From an uncultured archaeon (GTDB lineage: Archaea; Asgardarchaeota; Heimdallarchaeia; Heimdallarchaeales; Heimdallarchaeaceae), in contig CAZHRF010000009.1 in assembly GCA_964534625.1 (NCBI GenBank), positions 12,935-76,934 of the forward strand: a stretch of 64,000 bases of DNA. Reading direction: 5' to 3'. The position numbers and the translations under genes were made by a program. The notes below the pieces were generated by a model, which searched no databases, was not told the origin of the DNA, and saw nothing but the letters and a program-made list of their open reading frames with translations. Positions 58,147 to 64,000 of the stretch are shown here, in pieces. Position 1 is the first letter of the stretch. Each line of letters starts with the position of its first letter.

Positions 58147-59586
58147 ATGAGTAAATTGTTCACAAGACGCGGAGGCTGGTTAATCTTTTCAGGGATCCTA
58201 ATGATCTCTTTAAGTTTTGCACTGGCTGGATATTTATCATTGAATCGTATCTTTCAATCTTTCAGTCTTAACCCAACAACAAATACGACACAACAAGGTT
58301 TTGGTATTATGGATTTGGTGCATTTTTATGTGCTTGACTCCACCTTAATATGGTACTTTATCATAGGGGGGATAATGTTAATATTTTCAGTTTTATTAGG
58401 GTTACCTTTTTATAGATTAGGTTCTAACCCTAAATCTATAGAGATAAAAAGAAAGATCAGCAAGACAAGAGCTTTCGCCGGTGACTATGTATATGTAGAA
58501 GTTGAAGCAAAAAATAAATCGGTCAATCAAATACCACATGTTGAAATATATGATGCTATTCCTGAAGTATTTGATCTTGTTTTGGGAGAAAACTTTATAG
58601 TAACACAATTAAACCCAAAACAATCCATAACATTTGGTTATATCGTAAGAATACCAATTCGGGGGGAATTTGAAATTGGTCCCACCAAAGTTATATTGAG
58701 AGACAGAATGGGTTTCTATGCAACCGAAGGTCAAATAAGAACAAAAACAAATATACTTGTCTATCCATCATATGAAGATATTAGAAAACTAGAAATGATT
58801 GGAAAGAAAAGAAGATTGGGTATGATGTTTGGTTTCCATAGAACTAAAATAAAAGGTATGGGGGACGATTTTGCTGGTATCAGAAAATATCAACCAGGTG
58901 ATCCTTTCAAATTTATTGATTGGAAAGCTTTTTCACGAACAGGAGAAATGATGGTTAGAGAGTTTGAAGCAGAACAAAACATACGAGTTATTATTTTCTT
59001 AGATGCCTCTTCAAGTATGGGAGCTGGTTTACCTCGAAATACAAAACTTGAATATGCAATCCGAAGTGCAGTTTTACTTATTCATCTGGCATTTGAAAAA
59101 AAAGATATGGTGGGATTATGCATATATGATTCAAAAATAAGGAATTGGATTGAACCTACTGGAAATAGATCAAGGCTGTTTCAATTTCTAGAATCTTTGG
59201 CATATACTAAACCTCAAGGAAAAGCAGATTTAGAGAAGGCAATGGATCATGCGGTGAGAAGAACAACCCGCGCATCTTATTTTGTTGTTCTATCAGACCT
59301 AGAAGACAACCCTAGGGGCATACTAGAGGGCGTAAAACAAGCGAGAGCAAGAAAACATAGCATTACGATGATCTCTCCTTTTGGTCCATGGTTTGAAATT
59401 GTTTCTCAACAACTTTCCCCTGTTCAGTTAATGATAGGATATGCAATAGTAGAAAAAGCTTTAGGAGAAAGACAAATACTCTTCAAGACATTAAGAAGAT
59501 ATGATGTTGTAAGTATATCGGTTAAACCCGATGATTTTCTGCCAACGATAATGAGTCAATTCAACAGGATGCAAAGACAAGGTTAG
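58147..59586 (+). CDS. DUF58 (vWA-like) protein, module 2
   Basis: G.GDDFAGIRKYQPGDPFKFIDWKAFSR...VREFE, MIDAS DASSSM, VLSD. Confidence 0.9.
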   Translation: MSKLFTRRGGWLIFSGILMISLSFALAGYLSLNRIFQSFSLNPTTNTTQQGFGIMDLVHFYVLDSTLIWYFIIGGIMLIFSVLLGLPFYRLGSNPKSIEIKRKISKTRAFAGDYVYVEVEAKNKSVNQIPHVEIYDAIPEVFDLVLGENFIVTQLNPKQSITFGYIVRIPIRGEFEIGPTKVILRDRMGFYATEGQIRTKTNILVYPSYEDIRKLEMIGKKRRLGMMFGFHRTKIKGMGDDFAGIRKYQPGDPFKFIDWKAFSRTGEMMVREFEAEQNIRVIIFLDASSSMGAGLPRNTKLEYAIRSAVLLIHLAFEKKDMVGLCIYDSKIRNWIEPTGNRSRLFQFLESLAYTKPQGKADLEKAMDHAVRRTTRASYFVVLSDLEDNPRGILEGVKQARARKHSITMISPFGPWFEIVSQQLSPVQLMIGYAIVEKALGERQILFKTLRRYDVVSISVKPDDFLPTIMSQFNRMQRQG

Positions 59587-61106
59587 TGATAAAAATGGAG
59601 TCATTAGGTGATAAAAAATTTATAGATTTAGGAATAGAAACGGTTCAAAAAAGACTAAGAGGGGCCCATTTACAAACCATCATTACAAATGTGGTCGGAA
59701 GAACATTAGCTGTATCTGTAGTAGCACTTCTACTCTTGAGAATATTAAACTTATTTGATGCTGAAAAAATTTCTCAAGATGTAATGGCGATAGTTAGAAT
59801 AACTTTTCTCTATTTTGAGGCTTTTGCATTAGTACTATTTACGTTACCATTTATGGCATTTTTTTTACTGAGTTTATCTGATGGCAGAGCAATAATAGTA
59901 GCTGCACGAGCTTTTTTTTCTATAGATTTGTTCAATAATATTAAACCACCAGCGCCAATAACCATTTCAGAGATATATGGAACTGTTTCAGAGAATCCAT
60001 TAGAGGTGTTTTTGGCTATGTTTACCAATTTATATTCATATCGGGAAGAGTTCCAAGCAGAACGGCGTGCAACTGTTTTAATGATTGCATTTTTACTTTT
60101 AATACTTGCTTTAATTGCTTTTATCTTTAAGTCTGATATGAGGTCAGCAGCAACAATATTTGTTTGTGTTCAATTTATCGTTTTGTATGCTCAAACTAAA
60201 TTATTGTTTACAAGCAATTTAAAATTTACACCTACAAGAAATTTTGGAGATCTTTTTTCTTCAGATGTAGTTATTATTGCTTTATTATCCTATTTATTTT
60301 TGGAAATAGCATTACAAACATCGTATATAGATGAAATATTGAATCCTGTACAAAAAAGACAGAGTAGAGTTTTGAAAGCCTTAGATCGACTAAAAGCGTT
60401 TAAACTAGGCATTACACGAGCAAAAAAAGATATGTCTTCTAAAGAAAAAGAAGAAGATAAATCAACTCCTGCATCTATGTCAGGAGGGACCTTATCAAAG
60501 AAATATAGTGCAGCCGGGGCAAATTATTTCATACAAAAAACTTCTGATTCACTATTCTCAAGACCTGGAGGGAGACAAGAAAAATTGACAGGGCGGTTAC
60601 AAAGGTACCATAAGAATCTTTTATATAGTGATCAACGGGTAGATGAAAAGTTAGTGGGGGCGTCAGTAGCTGTTTCTCCTTTTTCAACTTTATTATATGT
60701 AGCAATTTCAGTGATTTTCCGGATAGCAATAATGATTGGAGGTCTATATGTAATATTAAATCCAGATATTATTTTGTTTGTACTAAGATATCCACCTTCA
60801 ATATATAATTCTCTTGAAATTACAGAACCAGAAGGGATTGTATTACTTCTTGTTCCTATAGTTATTCTGATCCTTTTGTTAACTGCATTAATAGGAAAAA
60901 TACAAGAACGGTTCTCAGAAACAGTAGAAGAAAGAGTTAAAACAGAAGAAGACTTCCTCGAAGAAGAAACGGAAGAGCAGCGAGGTGTAATTGTTGAAGG
61001 GGAATTAACACCTATTGAGGAAGATGAAGCGTTTTATGAAGAATTGGCTGAAGAACTAGAAGAATCTACGAGCAGACCGATGGGTGTGGATACAGAACGG
61101 AGTTAA
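59586..61106 (+). CDS. Polytopic membrane protein with acidic C-terminal tail
   Basis: About 7 TM helices, basic loop, E-rich tail; last gene of module 2. Confidence 0.7.
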   Translation: MIKMESLGDKKFIDLGIETVQKRLRGAHLQTIITNVVGRTLAVSVVALLLLRILNLFDAEKISQDVMAIVRITFLYFEAFALVLFTLPFMAFFLLSLSDGRAIIVAARAFFSIDLFNNIKPPAPITISEIYGTVSENPLEVFLAMFTNLYSYREEFQAERRATVLMIAFLLLILALIAFIFKSDMRSAATIFVCVQFIVLYAQTKLLFTSNLKFTPTRNFGDLFSSDVVIIALLSYLFLEIALQTSYIDEILNPVQKRQSRVLKALDRLKAFKLGITRAKKDMSSKEKEEDKSTPASMSGGTLSKKYSAAGANYFIQKTSDSLFSRPGGRQEKLTGRLQRYHKNLLYSDQRVDEKLVGASVAVSPFSTLLYVAISVIFRIAIMIGGLYVILNPDIILFVLRYPPSIYNSLEITEPEGIVLLLVPIVILILLLTALIGKIQERFSETVEERVKTEEDFLEEETEEQRGVIVEGELTPIEEDEAFYEELAEELEESTSRPMGVDTERS

Positions 61107-61277
61107 AAAACTCCCTCTCTTTCTTATTTTTATAAAAAACTGACGTTTTTCATTATTTAAGAGATAGGTATTTAAAAAAAACCTGGTAAATATGTGAAAA
61201 ATCAGTATCTTTATAATTTGACCGTGAAACGTTCGCTCGACAGTATATTAGATTAATTGTAGAAGGTAGAATGTAAA

Positions 61278-63512
61278 ATGGTTAAAGTTAAGAATGCAGA
61301 TGAAATTAGAGATATGATAAAAAACCATCCTAATGAATATAGGCGGGTTTTCAGCATAGCTGCCCATATTGACCATGGTAAAACAACAACAACCGATTTC
61401 TTACTTAGAAAAGCGGGACTTATGAGTGACGCTGATGCTGGTTTAAAAGTAATGATGGACTCAGATGAAGAAGAACAAGAGCGAGGAATTACCATTTTTA
61501 CAAGTGTCGTTCTTTTATCATATGATTATGAAGCTGAAGATGAAAATACAAAACATACGTATCTATTCGAAATAAATGACACACCAGGACATATTTCATT
61601 TACTGGTGAGGTTTCACGTGCTTTAAGAGGTAGTGATGGAGTTATACTTCTTGTAGATGCACTTGAGGGTGTAATGACCCAGACAGAAACTAATATCCGA
61701 CTAAGTATTGGCGAGATGTGTAAACCCGTGTTGTTCATTAATAAAGTGGATCGTTTAATTTCTGAGTTAAGATTACCTGCTAAAGATGTTTTTGCAAAGA
61801 TTGATACAATTGTTGCAGAAGTTAATAGACTTATTGAAGCTAATGCCCCAAAAGAAATGGCTAAAGAATGGCGCGTAAACTTTTTAGATGATTCCGTTTC
61901 TGTTGGTTCTGCAAAAGATGGCTGGGCTTTTAATATGTCTACCTTGAAGCGTTTAAACATTAAACCTCAAAATATCTTTGAGAAGTATGAGGAAGGAAAC
62001 AAGGAATGGTTACGTAAGAATCTCCCTCTTGAGGATCCCCTGTTGGAGATGGTTATTAAACACCTTCCCAATCCAGAAGTCGGTCAAAAAACCAAGATAC
62101 CAAAAATTTGGCCAGGAAAACTAGATACGCCACAAGGACAATCTTTACTCAATGCAGATCCCAAAGGACCATTATTGGGTATGATCACTAAAATTTTTAT
62201 TGATCCTAAAAGTAAAAGACCAACACTGATTGGTCGGGTATTCTCTGGGACATTAAAAACTTCAGATACAATATTTCTAGTTGGAAGACAAGAAAAAACA
62301 CGTATTAAACGATTAGGTGTAATGGAGATTACTGATATTCTTGATGTGCCTGAGGTACCTGCAGGCAACCTTTTTGCCATATATGGATTTATATGTCCTG
62401 CGGGAGAAACATTCATACATGCTGATGATGTTGGTGAAGTTATTCCTTTTGAAGAAATATCTTATGTTGCTGAACCTGTAGTTAGTCGTACAATTAAACC
62501 AAAGAACCCGCAAGATATAGCAAAACTTGGTGAAGTAGTCAATAAGTGGATTATGGCTGATCCTACAGCTGCTTTTCGACATGATGAAGAATCAAAAACA
62601 TACGTACTATCTGGTATTGATCCGCTACAAATTGAAATCCTTGTTACGCGTATAAGGGAACAAGTCGGCATTGAAATAAGTGACCCAATTATTGTATATA
62701 GAGAAGTACCAGCACAAAGAGGACACACATTTCATACAAAATCACCAAATGGCCACAATAGATTAATGATTTATGTAGAACCGTTAAATGAAGAATCAAA
62801 GAAATTATTCAAATCTGGCAGAGTGAACATGCTACAAGATAGAAAAGAACGTGGAACACTTCTTAGAGATGAAGCTGGATGGGATCCAAAAGAAGCCAGA
62901 AAAATCTGGGGTATTCAAGATACAAATGTGCTTGTTGATGCTAGTTCGGGAGTACAAAGGCTAGAAAATATTCAACAATATATTATTCAAGTATGGAGAG
63001 AATTTTGTACCGGGGCTACGTTAGCTAAAGAACCCATTATGGGAGCAAAATTTGTTATTACAGATGCTACAGTACACGTGGATCCTGCACATACTGGTTT
63101 TAGTGAGATTTTTCAAATGACTTTAGCTGGGTTACACACAACATTCTTGACAAGCGAACCACAGTTGAGGGAACCAATATTGACAATAGATATTAAAGTA
63201 CCTAATGATTTTGTTGGGAATATGTCCAAAGTTCTGACCCAAAATAGAGGGATGATATTAGACATGATCCCTCAAGGAGAAAACACTCGTATAAGAGGTA
63301 AAATACCTACTGCAGAGACAATAGATCTCGCTGATGAAATTAGAAGTAATAGTAGTGGAAAAGCATTCTTCGGATATGAGTTCTCTGGTTTTGAACCTGT
63401 TCCAACAAATCTAAAGGCGGAAATTATCGCTAGCATAAGAGAAAGAAAAGAATTGCCTCCTGAAATACCTGACATCACCAATTGGGAGCGGTTTATCTAT
63501 AAAAGAACATAA
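61278..63512 (+). CDS. Elongation factor EF-2 family protein, probably the Asgard paralog aEF-2p
   Basis: AHIDHGKTT, RGIT, DTPGH, NKVD, KSPNGHNR; diphthamide loop DPAHTG rather than HRG; not next to rps12/rps7. Confidence 0.88.
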   Translation: MVKVKNADEIRDMIKNHPNEYRRVFSIAAHIDHGKTTTTDFLLRKAGLMSDADAGLKVMMDSDEEEQERGITIFTSVVLLSYDYEAEDENTKHTYLFEINDTPGHISFTGEVSRALRGSDGVILLVDALEGVMTQTETNIRLSIGEMCKPVLFINKVDRLISELRLPAKDVFAKIDTIVAEVNRLIEANAPKEMAKEWRVNFLDDSVSVGSAKDGWAFNMSTLKRLNIKPQNIFEKYEEGNKEWLRKNLPLEDPLLEMVIKHLPNPEVGQKTKIPKIWPGKLDTPQGQSLLNADPKGPLLGMITKIFIDPKSKRPTLIGRVFSGTLKTSDTIFLVGRQEKTRIKRLGVMEITDILDVPEVPAGNLFAIYGFICPAGETFIHADDVGEVIPFEEISYVAEPVVSRTIKPKNPQDIAKLGEVVNKWIMADPTAAFRHDEESKTYVLSGIDPLQIEILVTRIREQVGIEISDPIIVYREVPAQRGHTFHTKSPNGHNRLMIYVEPLNEESKKLFKSGRVNMLQDRKERGTLLRDEAGWDPKEARKIWGIQDTNVLVDASSGVQRLENIQQYIIQVWREFCTGATLAKEPIMGAKFVITDATVHVDPAHTGFSEIFQMTLAGLHTTFLTSEPQLREPILTIDIKVPNDFVGNMSKVLTQNRGMILDMIPQGENTRIRGKIPTAETIDLADEIRSNSSGKAFFGYEFSGFEPVPTNLKAEIIASIRERKELPPEIPDITNWERFIYKRT

Positions 63513-63534
63513 TATTCGCTTTTTTTCTTTTGTA

Positions 63535-63675
63535 ACTTTTTTATTTTCATGTGATCAAAAAATCTAACTCGGGGATAGGGGATCCTGTCACCCGCGAGGT
63601 TTTATATCTTTTTTCTTTTCTTGTGATCAAAAAAGCTAACTCTGGGATAGGTGACCCTGTCATAAGCGAGGTTTT
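63535..63675. repeat. Two tandem copies (72-bp period) of the ~70-bp hairpin repeat
   Basis: GTGATCAAAAAA(T/G)CTAACTC at 63551 and 63623, each followed by a GGATAGG-loop-CCTGTC hairpin and GCGAGGTTTT. Confidence 0.8.
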
Positions 63676-64000
63676 CTTATTGCTTAAGCAACATTTTTTA
63701 TCCTATGTTTAGATGATCTGGACCTCTTCCGTTCCCATATTATATGAGAAATGTAATTACGCATTTTTTTTTATATAGTATGATCTAGTTGTTTATTGCT
63801 ATTGAAAACGTGAAGCGTTCTTCTCACTGAATTTTTACTTGATTCTATATCGGTTATGAAAATAATTGATTGTTCAATTAATTATTTTCATCTCATCATT
63901 TTTCTTTGTAATTTTTAATTTTAATTAAAAATAACTCTTTTTTTTCATGAACCTTAGAGTTCATCTCAGTGCATAACAAGGAGTTAAAATGGCATGGGTG

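Noticed and set aside
30121-63481. Numerous short antisense ORFs overlapping cdc48, frhB-like, moxR, EF-2 and other genes
   Set aside because: Shadow frames of well-supported genes with no independent motifs
63535-63675. Possible CRISPR mini-array
   Set aside because: Only two units, the 'spacers' are similar to each other and self-complementary, and no cas genes are in the window

Overview
Low-GC archaeal chromosomal window, very likely from an Asgard archaeon (Heimdallarchaeia-like). The assignment is an inference from archaeal housekeeping genes (FEN1, CDC48, RibK/RibL, ArcS/RaSEA, GPN GTPase, a BHB-intron tRNA) occurring with several roadblock/longin-like proteins, MglA-like and Rab-like GTPases and a non-operonic EF-2 with an HTG motif. 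Positions 1-38 kb are mostly housekeeping and metabolic genes plus two tRNA-Lys genes. Positions 38.8-61.1 kb hold two paralogous membrane modules (DUF4129-DUF4350-MoxR-DUF58-polytopic protein). The first is led by an intact PrsW-type protease with zinc ribbons; the second by a catalytically dead transglutaminase-like protein and a 1201-aa surface protein. Non-coding highlights: (1) two diverged ~395-bp ORF-less IS200/IS605-type elements with a TTAC target, a TCAT end, an internal TATA box, a ~190-nt unexplained cargo and a TnpB omega-RNA scaffold; (2) a 46-bp single-hairpin version of the same element; (3) a separate ~70-bp hairpin repeat family; (4) two sharp purine-to-pyrimidine strand-skew switches, each centred near a tRNA gene, that override gene orientation. 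All family calls come from motif recognition by eye; no searches were run.
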